NCBI GenBank assembly: GCA_043720395.1
Contig: JAYSSR010000038.1
Location: 5,689-69,688, forward strand
Length of the DNA: 64,000 nucleotides
Direction: 5' to 3'
DNA from: Acidimicrobiia bacterium
GTDB taxonomy: Bacteria > Actinomycetota > Acidimicrobiia > Acidimicrobiales > JANYDT01
In this document: piece by piece, positions 54,075 to 63,407 of the stretch
Numbering within the stretch: the stretch's first letter is position 1
How the letters are laid out: each line of letters opens with the position of its first letter
Position numbers and translations under genes: made by a program
The notes under the pieces: model-generated
Databases searched by the model: none
The model's input: the letters and a program-made list of their open reading frames with translations, nothing else
What the model was told of the DNA's origin: nothing

Positions 54075-56070
54075 ACAACGGTGCGTAGACCCGAACCCAG
54101 TCGACCAGTACCGTCGCCGGGAAGTCGGCCAACGATGGCGGTCCCGGCCATTCGCCACCGACGGATTGGTTGATGATCACGTAGAACGGCTTGTCGAACG
54201 GGGCCGTGCCGCCAGGAACCCGGTAGCTATGGACCAGAACGTCATCGACGTACCACCGGATGATCCCCGCCTCCCACTCGATCGCGTACCGGTGCCACTC
54301 CGACGCCGGACTCGCAAGATCGGCACCGGCGGACGACGCTTTGTGGGAACCGCTTTCCCCCCAATGAATCGTATGGAAGACCGTCTGCGGGGGCTTGGCG
54401 ACGTACTCCATGATGTCGATTTCGCCGCTATTCGGCCAACCCCCGTAGGCCGCGTCTGCCGGCATGAGCCAGAACGCGGGCCACGTGCCTTTCGCGAGCG
54501 GCAGCTTCATGCGCGCCTCGAAACGTCCGTACGTCTGCGCAAATTTTCGACGTGTGGTCACGAGCCCGCTGACCCAGGCACGGTTTGACCCATTGCAGGT
54601 GGCGGATTTCGGCTGGGCGGTGAGCTGCAAGGAACCACCAGCGACGACGCTCTGCTCGGAGCGATAGCACTCGAGACCGAACGTGTCGTCGAAGTCACCT
54701 GCACCGGTCGTGACGGCGGTCCAGTCGGCACCGAGCCCGTCTGTGAACTCGTCGGACCAGGTCAACACCCGCGGACCCACCGGAAGCGAGGTCGTGGTTG
54801 AGGATGGGGCCGCCGTCGCGGACGTTGTCGATGTGGACGTAATGGACGTGGTCGCTGGCACCGTCGACGTGGAGGCTGGCACCGTCGACGTGGAGGCTGG
54901 CACCGTGGACGCTGGCACCGTGGACGTGGTCGACGTGGCGGAAGGCGCTGTCGTTGTGGAGGCTGTCGTTGTGGAGGCTGTCGTCGTGGAGGCTGTCGTC
55001 GTCGCGGTGGGTGTCGGCGTCGTTGTCGTCGCCGCGGTCGGTCTCGACGTACTCGTGCCGGTCGCCGTCGCGGTCGTGGTCGTGACGCCGGGGGTCGCGG
55101 CGGTGAGGTTGGGTGGGGCCGGACTCGTGGTCGGAGCAAGGGTCGGCCGTGCAGACACCGTCGTTGCGGTCGTCGCCGTCGTGGTGATGGTCGGTGATCC
55201 GAGCAACTTCGGGACTGACGTGGATGTTGTCGCCGAAACCGTGACGGATGACGGCGCCAAGACATTCGCACCACTCGCGCCAACGCGCAACGCCGTGGTG
55301 GACGCCGTCGTGCTGGTCGACGTCGTGCTGGTGGGTGTCGTGAGCGGAACCGAGGCCGGGGTCAAGGTTTCTTGAACTGCGGCGAGTTCGGCAACACCGG
55401 TGGACCATGTCAGGTCCTCGCTGTCACCCGCTGTGGCCGAGCGGGGTTCCGCAACTGTCGAGACGGGTTCCGCAGTCGTCGGGACGGTTTCATCGGCCGT
55501 CGCAACCGGTTCCACACTCGTCAAGACGGGTTCTTCGCCACCCCGCCCACCAGGGACCTCGATCCAGTCAAACCAGACATCCGCCAAGTCGAATCGGACG
55601 GCGTTTGCACCCGCTCGAAGCGGGAGGACGACGGCGACGGTGGACCAACTATCGGGCGAGGCGAGGTAGCGGACGCCGCCCGCCACGGCAACGTCGTTTA
55701 CCGAAATCGTTCTCGTCACTGCACCCGTCGTTCGAAACCTGACGGACATCACAACTTCGCCTGCTACAAGCGCCGAAACGATGCACGTCGCCGAACCCGT
55801 TCCCTCGGTGCCCGAGCCGAAGACGGCAGATCCCTCCAAGCCGGATGGATTCACCGAACTCGACGCCACCACGCCCGTGAGCGTGCAGTCCTCAACTTGG
55901 ACGCGCGCAAGAGTCATGGTGTCGACCGGCCGGGCGGGCAACGACACGAGGGGTTCGATCTGATCGACCGAGTTCGCCCCGGAACCGCTCGAGAGAAGCA
56001 GCGCAGGCAGAGACCCGAGCGCGATGGCCACGACTGCGGCAAGAGCGGCGGCCTGCGAACGACGTGTCAC
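54073..56070 (-). CDS. Secreted GH16 glycoside hydrolase with N-terminal CBM6/35-like module and a ~200-aa Thr/Ser/Pro/Ala linker
   Basis: Signal/TM AAALAAVVAIALGSLPALLL, a lectin-like N-domain and a long T/S/A/P linker. The C-terminal domain has LTWSDEFTD, the catalytic SGEIDIMEY (ExDxxE) and IINQSVGGEWPG. Confidence 0.8.
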   Translation of the reverse strand: MTRRSQAAALAAVVAIALGSLPALLLSSGSGANSVDQIEPLVSLPARPVDTMTLARVQVEDCTLTGVVASSSVNPSGLEGSAVFGSGTEGTGSATCIVSALVAGEVVMSVRFRTTGAVTRTISVNDVAVAGGVRYLASPDSWSTVAVVLPLRAGANAVRFDLADVWFDWIEVPGGRGGEEPVLTSVEPVATADETVPTTAEPVSTVAEPRSATAGDSEDLTWSTGVAELAAVQETLTPASVPLTTPTSTTSTSTTASTTALRVGASGANVLAPSSVTVSATTSTSVPKLLGSPTITTTATTATTVSARPTLAPTTSPAPPNLTAATPGVTTTTATATGTSTSRPTAATTTTPTPTATTTASTTTASTTTASTTTAPSATSTTSTVPASTVPASTSTVPASTSTVPATTSITSTSTTSATAAPSSTTTSLPVGPRVLTWSDEFTDGLGADWTAVTTGAGDFDDTFGLECYRSEQSVVAGGSLQLTAQPKSATCNGSNRAWVSGLVTTRRKFAQTYGRFEARMKLPLAKGTWPAFWLMPADAAYGGWPNSGEIDIMEYVAKPPQTVFHTIHWGESGSHKASSAGADLASPASEWHRYAIEWEAGIIRWYVDDVLVHSYRVPGGTAPFDKPFYVIINQSVGGEWPGPPSLADFPATVLVDWVRVYAPL
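54854..55006 (-). repeat. Tandem coding repeats in the GH16 linker (21-nt GCTGGCACCGTCGACGTGGAG units, then 15-nt GCTGTCGTYGTGGAG units x4)
   Basis: Seen directly. Encodes STVPASTSTVPAS... and TTTAS x4 low-complexity linker sequence. Confidence 0.85.
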
Positions 56071-56217
56071 AACTCAACCGTAGGCCGAACGAACCCTCGT
56101 CGTTGCACGGAGTGACGATCGGATTGTACCGAGCACTGTCAGCGAGTTTCCGTGACGCGACAATGCGCCGACCAACCCACAAGTCTGCGGGCGGTCAGCG
56201 CATCAGAAGATTCAGGC

Positions 56218-56664
56218 TCAGGCCGAGGTGACCTCGACCGTGACCGCGAACTGCACATCACTGTGCAGGCGGACGGTGACGGAGTGCGTACCCGTGGATT
56301 TGATGTGCTCCGACATGTGGAGCGTCCGACGCTCAAGGACCACGCCGGTCTGGGCCTTGACGGCCTCGACGATGTCTTTCTCCGCGACCGAGCCGAAAAG
56401 TCGACCCTCTTTGGCTTTCGCGACGATCTTGATCACCGCGGGCACGAGTGTGCGAGCAATGGTCTCCGACGAGTCACGATTCTTGGCGTCTTTGATGTCA
56501 CGGGCAGTTCGCATGGCCTCTGCCTGAGACATCGAACCGGGATTTGCTGCCATCGCCAGGGACCGGGGCAACAGAAAGTTGCGGGCGTAGCCGTCGGCCA
56601 CGTCCACGATGTCTCCTCGCTTGCCGAGGCCCTTGACGTCAGAGCGAAGTACGACCTTGGACAT
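56218..56664 (-). CDS. rplI: 50S ribosomal protein L9
   Basis: MSKVVLRSDVKGLGKRGDIVDVADGYARNFLLPR is the canonical L9 N-terminus. Confidence 0.95.
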   Translation of the reverse strand: MSKVVLRSDVKGLGKRGDIVDVADGYARNFLLPRSLAMAANPGSMSQAEAMRTARDIKDAKNRDSSETIARTLVPAVIKIVAKAKEGRLFGSVAEKDIVEAVKAQTGVVLERRTLHMSEHIKSTGTHSVTVRLHSDVQFAVTVEVTSA

Positions 56665-56667
56665 GGC

Positions 56668-57063
56668 TCACTCCTCGCCTTCGTCGTCGGTACCTTCGTC
56701 GGTTTCGGCCTCGACCTCGACGTCAACGGCACCCTTCTTGTCGTCGCCACCCTGATCACGGCGACGTCCACCGCGGGGACCGCGCTCGGCCACCGTTCGT
56801 GTCGCGTAGGGAAGCAGGGCCAGTTCGCGGGCCGTCTTGATGGCAAGGGCAACGTCGCGCTGCATCTGCGTTGAGAGGCCAGAGACGCGACGCGACCGGA
56901 TCTTGCCACGGTCGGACATGAACTTCCGGAGGAGATTGATGTCCTTGTAGTCGATGTAGGCACCCTCGGGAACCGGAGGTGCCTTCTTCTTCGCCGGCCG
57001 GCGGTCGTTCAGCTTGGGTGCGCGCTTGGAGGTGCCGCGATCCCGATCATTGTTACGTGCCAT
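56668..57063 (-). CDS. rpsR: 30S ribosomal protein S18 (with basic N- and acidic C-terminal extensions)
   Basis: Core [50 protein letters not shown]. The start overlaps the ssb stop (TAATG). Confidence 0.9.
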   Translation of the reverse strand: MARNNDRDRGTSKRAPKLNDRRPAKKKAPPVPEGAYIDYKDINLLRKFMSDRGKIRSRRVSGLSTQMQRDVALAIKTARELALLPYATRTVAERGPRGGRRRDQGGDDKKGAVDVEVEAETDEGTDDEGEE

Positions 57064-57596
57064 TAGAACGGCTCCTCGTCATAGTCGTACGTCGCAGCGG
57101 GCTCGGCGTTCGACGCCGGCCGACTGGGTGCTGCTGGTCTGTTCGGTGCTGCTGGTCGGCTGCTCTGGCCGCCTTGATTGCCTTGGTTGTTTCCGGTGTA
57201 GCCGGATCCGCCCTGTCCGCCATCATCCCCACCACGGCGCTCGTTGCGGATCACCTGTGCGGTCGCCCATCTGAGGCTCGGCCCAATCTCGTCGGCGACG
57301 ATGTCGACCACCGACTTCTTCTCGCCGTCGGGCGTCTCCCACGAACGCTGCTCAAGCCGTCCCGTGACAAGGGCTCGCGTGCCTTTGCGGAGCGACTCGG
57401 CACAGTTCTCGGCAAGTTCGCGCCATACAACGACGTTGAAGAAGCTGACCGCTTCCTCCCATTCGTTGGTCTGGCGGTTCTGCCAGCGTCGGTTCACGGC
57501 GAGTCCGAAGGTGGCCGTGGCCTGCCCGGACGCGGTGAAACGCAGTTCGGGATCTCGGGTCACGTTCCCGATGATCGTAATGTTATTCCCTGGCAT
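57063..57596 (-). CDS. ssb: Single-stranded DNA-binding protein
   Basis: [36 protein letters not shown] fold, a Gly-rich linker, and the acidic tip DYDEEPF. Confidence 0.95.
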   Translation of the reverse strand: MPGNNITIIGNVTRDPELRFTASGQATATFGLAVNRRWQNRQTNEWEEAVSFFNVVVWRELAENCAESLRKGTRALVTGRLEQRSWETPDGEKKSVVDIVADEIGPSLRWATAQVIRNERRGGDDGGQGGSGYTGNNQGNQGGQSSRPAAPNRPAAPSRPASNAEPAATYDYDEEPF

Positions 57597-57601
57597 CGAG
57601 G

Positions 57602-57970
57602 TCAGTCCCGGTCGCGTCCGCCGCCCGACGCGATGTCCTCGAGGGCCGGCGGTGCGGCCATCGAACGACCCGCGGCAGCCGCCGGGACCTGCATGATCTT
57701 GTGGCGAAGGATCTCGTCAGCGAGGAACAGTTGACGCTCCAGCTCGGCGATCTTTGCGGGCTCAGCGGTCATTTCGACGATCGTGTAGTACCCGTCCGGC
57801 TTCTTGCGGATCGGGTAGGCCAGCTTGCGCCGACCCCACTTCTCAACTCGACCGACCGTGCCACCAATGGCCTTGATCTGATCGAGCGAGCGATTGACGA
57901 CGGTCTGAACGACCTGGTCGTCCAGCGTCGTGTCGACGATGAACATGACTTCGTACGGCCTGGTGGCCAA
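57602..57970 (-). CDS. rpsF: 30S ribosomal protein S6
   Basis: RPYEVMFIVDTTLDD...VEKWGRRKLAYPI. TTG start with GGGAGG about 7 nt upstream. Confidence 0.9.
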   Translation of the reverse strand: MATRPYEVMFIVDTTLDDQVVQTVVNRSLDQIKAIGGTVGRVEKWGRRKLAYPIRKKPDGYYTIVEMTAEPAKIAELERQLFLADEILRHKIMQVPAAAAGRSMAAPPALEDIASGGGRDRD

Positions 57971-58128
57971 GGTGATACCTCCCGTGGACCTGCCCGCAGG
58001 CAGGGCCCCGGACGGTCCGGGGCAGGGTGTCGCCCGCTTGTTGGGCTCGAAGCCCGCCAGTGGTGGGACGGAGCCGCGGAAGCGAACCGGGAGAGACTAG
58101 TCGCTACCGGGGTCAGCAATCGCGCCGT

Positions 58129-59175
58129 CTATGCGTACAGCGCGATGAGGTCGTCCTCAATTGAGAAGTCAGCCATCGAGGGCACCGAACGCAGGCCCGA
58201 GCGATCGGCAAGCGCCTCTTCCAACTGCTCTGACGCCGCGTAGCTCTCGGCGGACGAGGGAAACGAGCCCGACCGGACGTCGGCCGCGTAGGCCGCGATC
58301 GCAACCTCGGCCGCCTTGCCCAGCTCCGCGTAACGTCGCACGAACTTCGGGGCGAGGCGGTCTTCGAGACCGAGGAGGTCGTGCCACACCAGCACCTGCC
58401 CATCGCAGTGCGCACCAGCACCAATGCCAATCGTTGGGATCGACACCGCTTCGGTGACCGCCCGGCCCACCGCGTCCGGCACGGCTTCCAACACGATCGC
58501 AAAGCACCCTGCCTCCTCCAGCGCTCGAGCGGCAACGATGAGGGCCTTCGCCGCGGCAGCATCCTTGCCCTGCACCTTGAACCCACCGAGTGCATTGACC
58601 GACTGCGGAGTGAGCCCGATGTGACCCATCACGGGGATTTCCGCATCAACAATCGCCTTGATGATCGGGATTCGCTTCGCCCCGCCTTCGAGCTTCACGC
58701 AGCCAGCACCCGAGCGCATCAGTTCCGCTGCATTGCGCACTGCGTCTTCCGCCGACAGGTGATAACTCATCCACGGAAGGTCGCCGACCACGAGGGGCCG
58801 AGTATTTGTGCACCCATCTGCCTCCGAAGCGGCGAGGCCGCGTGCGACCGCCTTCGTGTGGCGGGCCATGTCATCGACGGTGACCTGGAGTGTGTCCTCG
58901 TAGCCCAGGACGACCATCGCGACCGAGTCGCCCACGAGGATCATGTCGACACCCGCCCGATGAGCGACCTTCGCCGACGGGGCGTCGTATGCGGTGACCA
59001 TGACCAGCGGTTGGCTCAGGCCCCGCTCGTTGCTCTTCCGTTCGGCAACTGCCGGCGCGGTGAGGCGACGCGGACCCTTTCGGGCGACGGGCTTCGGAGG
59101 CAAAGCGTCGGAGACAGCAGGGGGGACGGACACCGAGGACACAGCCGTAACGGTCCCGATCGAAAGTGCGTTCAT
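58129..59175 (-). CDS. panB: 3-methyl-2-oxobutanoate hydroxymethyltransferase
   Basis: PLVMVTAYDAPSAKVA..AGVDMILVGDSVAMVVLGY..T..VT.DDM..H and GAGCVKLEGG. The ~55-aa N-terminal extension makes the start uncertain. Confidence 0.85.
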   Translation of the reverse strand: MNALSIGTVTAVSSVSVPPAVSDALPPKPVARKGPRRLTAPAVAERKSNERGLSQPLVMVTAYDAPSAKVAHRAGVDMILVGDSVAMVVLGYEDTLQVTVDDMARHTKAVARGLAASEADGCTNTRPLVVGDLPWMSYHLSAEDAVRNAAELMRSGAGCVKLEGGAKRIPIIKAIVDAEIPVMGHIGLTPQSVNALGGFKVQGKDAAAAKALIVAARALEEAGCFAIVLEAVPDAVGRAVTEAVSIPTIGIGAGAHCDGQVLVWHDLLGLEDRLAPKFVRRYAELGKAAEVAIAAYAADVRSGSFPSSAESYAASEQLEEALADRSGLRSVPSMADFSIEDDLIALYA

Positions 59176-59256
59176 GTCGCACCGAACCTTTCTCGTCGTC
59201 CAGTGCCAATGTGGCTACCGGCAACGACCACACTGTAACGACACCGGAGCCGTTTG

Positions 59257-61503
59257 TCACCCCGGGGCCACGGTCTCGACCGTGGAAGCACCAATCGGGA
59301 CCGGTCCGGGTGCCACGGTGGGCGCGGGAGTCGTGGGCGCGGGCTGGAGGGGCGGCTCGGCCGTAGGCGCTTCGGAACCTGCAGGTCCGCTCGGCGGCTC
59401 GATCGCGTCAACCGTCGGCGACGAAACCATGCTGGCCGCTACGGCCGCCGTGCCACCGACGGAAACCGCAACCCGAGCAGCCCCTACGAGCACGTCCCCG
59501 CCGAAGTCCTCGACCGCCGCGAACCGTACCGACCCAACCGACGCCGGCACGGCCGCCCGCATCGTGGCCCCGAAGATCCGAGCGGGCAGCGTCCCCCCAG
59601 ACACCCGCACGCCGTGGACCGTCCCCATCGCCTTCGCTCCCTCCGAGTATCCCATCCACACCGCGGTCACACAGCATTGGCGTGGCGTGAAGCCGACGAA
59701 CCAGGCGTCGCGCGAGTCATTGGTGGTCCCCGTCTTACCCGCTACGCGGGCCGACGGGATCGCTGCCGCGGCCCCCGTGCCCGAACGAACAATCTCCCTG
59801 AGCACCGCCGCGATCCGGTCCGCGTCCTCCGTTTTCATGACCCGCTTCCTTTCTGGCTTCAGCACTTTGAGGTTTCGACCATCCGCCGTGGTGACCGCCT
59901 TGATCATCGTCGGGTACGTGCGCACCCCACGATTGGCAAGCGTGAGGTACGCGTTGGCCATCTCTAGGGGCGAGACTTCGGCCGTACCGAGCGCTAGGCT
60001 TGGGAACTCGTGGAGCGGCGATCGAACGCCGAGCAGCGCTGCAGCGTCGGCGACCTTGGAGGCACCGATGCCCTCATTCGAAACGACCTGGGCGAAGACG
60101 GTGTTGACCGAAAGCCGGGTCGCGTCCGCCAGGTTCAGCGTGCCAAACGCTTCGCCTCGGACGTTGCGCACGACCCAGTCCGCTCCACCCAGTTCCCCGG
60201 CAGGAATGGTCAGGGTGGCAGGGGCTGGGAATGCCGACTCCAACGAGTATCCCGCTCGCAGCACGGCGGCCAAAACGAACGGTTTGAACGTCGAGCCCGC
60301 CGGGCGACCGAGCCCGCCGCCTTCGCGGCCCACCGCCAGATTGACCTTCGATACGGACCAGTCGCGACCGCCGACCATCGCTCGCACCGCTCCGTCGTGG
60401 TCGAGCACCACGACGGCCGCCGATGGGTCGGCTCGGTCGGGCAGAACCGACACGTAGGCGGCGCGGTAGGCGGCGCGTTGCGTCGCCAGGTCAAGGGTGG
60501 TCGTGACCCGCAGACCCTGTGTCTGCAGGACCTGCTCGCCGTACCGGTCGGTCAACTCACGCCGCACGGCGTCGATGAACCACTGCGCCCCGACTTCGGG
60601 GTGGTCGTAGGCAGACGCTCTCGCGCGACGTGGTTTCACGCCTCCAGGTCCGAGAAGCGGCACTCGGTCGGCCGCGGCACGTTCGACTTGGGTGATCGCT
60701 CCGGTGTCTGCCATTGCGGTCAGTACCGAGGTGCGTCGCCGTGACGCCTGCTCGATGTTCTTCACGGCATCGGTCGACTCTGGTCCGCGGATGAGGGCGG
60801 CGAGGTAGGCCGCCTGGGGCAGGTCGACCTCGGATGCGGACGTCCCGAAGTACGCGCGTGCCGCCGCCTCGACACCGTATGCGCCGCGTCCGAAGTAGAT
60901 CGTGTTGAGGTAACGGACCAGAATCTCGTCCTTCGACAGACGGCGTTCCAGCTTCACGGCGATCGCCGCTTCCTTCAGCTTCCTTGCGATGCTCGCCTCG
61001 CGGCCGACGTAGGCATTCTTGACGTACTGCTGGGTGATCGTCGATCCGCCCTGACGCTGTCCCTTGTGGCGGAGGTCCTGAAACAACGCCCGAGCGATGC
61101 CGAACGGGTCAACGCCGCTGTGCTGATAGAAGCGACGATCCTCGGCGGCCAGCACTGCCGATCGCAGGATCGGGGCGATCGCGCGAAGCGCTACGACCTG
61201 GCGGTTCTCGCCCGCCGACAGCGCGGCGAGCCGTTCCCCATGCACGTCGAACACGTAGGCGGTCTGCACCGGAAACCAGTCCGGTGGCGTCGGGGCCAAT
61301 GCCACGTACGTGATTCCAAAGCCGAACAGCAACACACCAGTGCCGATGCAGATGAACAGCATCCTGCGGGCGAGTCGCCGCAGCGGTCGTCGCTTCTCGA
61401 TCGGGGGCATGCCCCGCGCGTGACGACCTTTCGGAACAACGGCGGTTCGGGGCGACCGCCGCTCGGCGGTCGTCCGTTCGGCCGGACGTCGCTCAGCCGG
61501 CAT
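59257..61503 (-). CDS. Class A penicillin-binding protein (second copy)
   Basis: TM anchor. GT51 motifs EDRRFYQHSGVD and GGSTITQQYVKN. Transpeptidase motifs STFKP, SVN and KTGTT. Pro/Ala-rich C-terminal tail. Confidence 0.9.
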   Translation of the reverse strand: MPAERRPAERTTAERRSPRTAVVPKGRHARGMPPIEKRRPLRRLARRMLFICIGTGVLLFGFGITYVALAPTPPDWFPVQTAYVFDVHGERLAALSAGENRQVVALRAIAPILRSAVLAAEDRRFYQHSGVDPFGIARALFQDLRHKGQRQGGSTITQQYVKNAYVGREASIARKLKEAAIAVKLERRLSKDEILVRYLNTIYFGRGAYGVEAAARAYFGTSASEVDLPQAAYLAALIRGPESTDAVKNIEQASRRRTSVLTAMADTGAITQVERAAADRVPLLGPGGVKPRRARASAYDHPEVGAQWFIDAVRRELTDRYGEQVLQTQGLRVTTTLDLATQRAAYRAAYVSVLPDRADPSAAVVVLDHDGAVRAMVGGRDWSVSKVNLAVGREGGGLGRPAGSTFKPFVLAAVLRAGYSLESAFPAPATLTIPAGELGGADWVVRNVRGEAFGTLNLADATRLSVNTVFAQVVSNEGIGASKVADAAALLGVRSPLHEFPSLALGTAEVSPLEMANAYLTLANRGVRTYPTMIKAVTTADGRNLKVLKPERKRVMKTEDADRIAAVLREIVRSGTGAAAAIPSARVAGKTGTTNDSRDAWFVGFTPRQCCVTAVWMGYSEGAKAMGTVHGVRVSGGTLPARIFGATMRAAVPASVGSVRFAAVEDFGGDVLVGAARVAVSVGGTAAVAASMVSSPTVDAIEPPSGPAGSEAPTAEPPLQPAPTTPAPTVAPGPVPIGASTVETVAPG

Positions 61504-61897
61504 GGGCCTTCCCGAGCTGAAACATCCGGGCGAGATGGTTCCAACGACAGTTCGGGCACACCTCTACGACGTAACACGCAAACGACCCGACCTGACGGCC
61601 AAATTTCACGAGCTCGTCCTTCGTGGTTATGCAACGCCCGTGTGCGGGAAGTCGTTCGCCAAACACGTAGGAAACGTCGACGAGGGGATGCTCCTCGCAA
61701 ATCGGGCACGCGTCTTCCCGCTTGGTCCCGACGTGTTGTGCGGCCCGGATGAGCTCAGGATGAGCGTCGCAGACGTCGCTTCGCGAAAGGCGTCCTCGAT
61801 GGAACTCCGCAATGAGGTGACGCCGCGCCAATCGGTAGTCGATGGTGCCTGACCGTTTCTCGGCAGCACCCCTCACGGCTTCGGGACGAAACGACAT
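61493..61897 (-). CDS. Conserved actinobacterial Cys-rich small protein (DUF5318-like)
   Basis: IDYRLARRHLIAEF..GRLSR.DVCDAHPEL.RAA...G......CPICE...LV.V.YVFG..LP..GRC....EL......G.F.CYVVEVC..C.WNHL. Adjacent to a class A PBP, as I recall for Rv0049/ponA1. I chose the ATG at 61897. Confidence 0.65.
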   Translation of the reverse strand: MSFRPEAVRGAAEKRSGTIDYRLARRHLIAEFHRGRLSRSDVCDAHPELIRAAQHVGTKREDACPICEEHPLVDVSYVFGERLPAHGRCITTKDELVKFGRQVGSFACYVVEVCPNCRWNHLARMFQLGKAHAG

Positions 61898-61943
61898 CGG
61901 CCGCAAGGGTAGATGGGCCGGGCCGCGGTCCGTTGCGAAACGA

Positions 61944-63368
61944 TCAGGCGCCGCTCTCGTGCGTTGTCGGAACGGGCGTGGCCTGACGCGCCGCCCACCA
62001 CGAGTCCAACCGCCGAACCGCTTCCTCGCGACCGAGCGGGCCTTCCTCCAGCCGTGCCTCCAGCAACATGTTGAGGGCTTGGCCGACGTCGCGACCAGGT
62101 CGAACACCGAGGTGCTCCATGATCTCGGTCCCGTCGAGGTCCGGACGCATTGCGTCAAGCTCTTCCTCCTCACGCAGGACGGCGATGCGCTCCTCCAGAT
62201 CGTCCATTCGACGCGCCAGCCGCTCGGCCTTCTTCGGATTCCGGGTCGTGCAGTCGCAGCGGGTCAGTTCGTTCAGTTGGTCGAGCAACGGGCCAGCGTC
62301 GCGCACGTAACGCCTGACTGCGGAGTCCGTCCAGCCCATGGCATAGGTATGGAACCGGAGATGCAGCCCGACGAGTTGGCTGATGGCGTCCACGTCGTCG
62401 TTGGGGTACTTGAGCAGCCTCAGACGATCGCGGGCCATGCGCGCGCCGACGACGTCGTGGTGATGAAACGACACCCCGTTCGGACCGATGGAGCGCGTCT
62501 TCGGCTTGGCGATGTCGTGCAGCAACGCAGCCATTCGCACAATTCTCTCCGGCTTGGTCTTCGCGACCACGGCGATCGTGTGTGCGAGCACGTCTTTGTG
62601 ACGATGGATTGGGTCCTGCTCCAGTGCCATTGCCGGGAGCTCGGGCAGAAAATGCGACGCAAGCCCGGTGTCGACCAGGAACCACAGGCCGGGGCTCGGG
62701 TCCGCGGTGACCAGCAGTTTGTCGAGCTCAGCGCGTATCCGCTCAGCCGACACGATCGAAAGTCGACCGCTGAGTTGGCGCACGGCCGTCACGAGAGCTT
62801 CGTCTGGCTGCAGTCCAAAACCAGCAATGAAACGCGCTGCTCGCAGCATTCGGAGCGGATCGTCGGAGAAACTTACCTCGGGGGCGAGTGGCGTCCGCAG
62901 ACGTTTCGCGGCGAGGTCCGCGGCCCCACCAAATGGGTCGAGCAGCGTCAGGTCCGCGATGGACAGCGCCATGGCGTTGACGGTGAAATCTCGGCGCGAA
63001 AGGTCTTCCTCGATCCGAGTCGAAAACTGGACCTCTGGTTTGCGCGAGTCCTCGTGGTACGCCTCGGCCCGATAGGTCGTGATCTCATATGGACGCTCTA
63101 GATCAGCATGGCGAAACGTCGCCCCAATCGTTCCGAACTTCTTGCCAACCGTCCACACCGAGGTCGGCCGATGGGCCCGGACAAGGCGTTCGATTTCATC
63201 AGGCGGAGCATTTGTCGTGCAATCGATATCGAGGTCTCGACGTTGCAGGCCGAGCATCGTGTCTCGAACGATTCCGCCGACCAATGAAAGGGCGTACCCG
63301 GCGTCGCTGAAGCGATCCGCCAGGGGACGGGTCTCATCGAGCAGGGGCTGAAAACGTGCGGGAACCAC
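61944..63368 (-). CDS. cca: CCA-adding tRNA nucleotidyltransferase (class II, with HD domain)
   Basis: LVGGIVRDTMLG..RRDLDIDCTT, RAEAYHEDSRKP, RRDFTVNAMA, and the HD region LLHDIAKP. Confidence 0.9.
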   Translation of the reverse strand: MVPARFQPLLDETRPLADRFSDAGYALSLVGGIVRDTMLGLQRRDLDIDCTTNAPPDEIERLVRAHRPTSVWTVGKKFGTIGATFRHADLERPYEITTYRAEAYHEDSRKPEVQFSTRIEEDLSRRDFTVNAMALSIADLTLLDPFGGAADLAAKRLRTPLAPEVSFSDDPLRMLRAARFIAGFGLQPDEALVTAVRQLSGRLSIVSAERIRAELDKLLVTADPSPGLWFLVDTGLASHFLPELPAMALEQDPIHRHKDVLAHTIAVVAKTKPERIVRMAALLHDIAKPKTRSIGPNGVSFHHHDVVGARMARDRLRLLKYPNDDVDAISQLVGLHLRFHTYAMGWTDSAVRRYVRDAGPLLDQLNELTRCDCTTRNPKKAERLARRMDDLEERIAVLREEEELDAMRPDLDGTEIMEHLGVRPGRDVGQALNMLLEARLEEGPLGREEAVRRLDSWWAARQATPVPTTHESGA

Positions 63369-63407
63369 CGGACGAGGCTAGTGGCCTGTCGGCCCTAATC
63401 TCGTGGA

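Noticed and set aside
55531-55557. GGGTTCTTCGCCACCCCGCCCACCAGGGAC as another inverted copy of the 24-nt repeat (also CACCCACCCCACGAATCGG near 1611-1630)
   Set aside because: Only about 60-65% of positions match by eye, which is within what GC-rich coding sequence can give by chance. Left uncalled pending a profile search.
56071-56217. Possible intrinsic terminator after rplI (GACCGCCC...GGGTTGGTC)
   Set aside because: The stem is imperfect and no U-tract follows. This is too weak to annotate.
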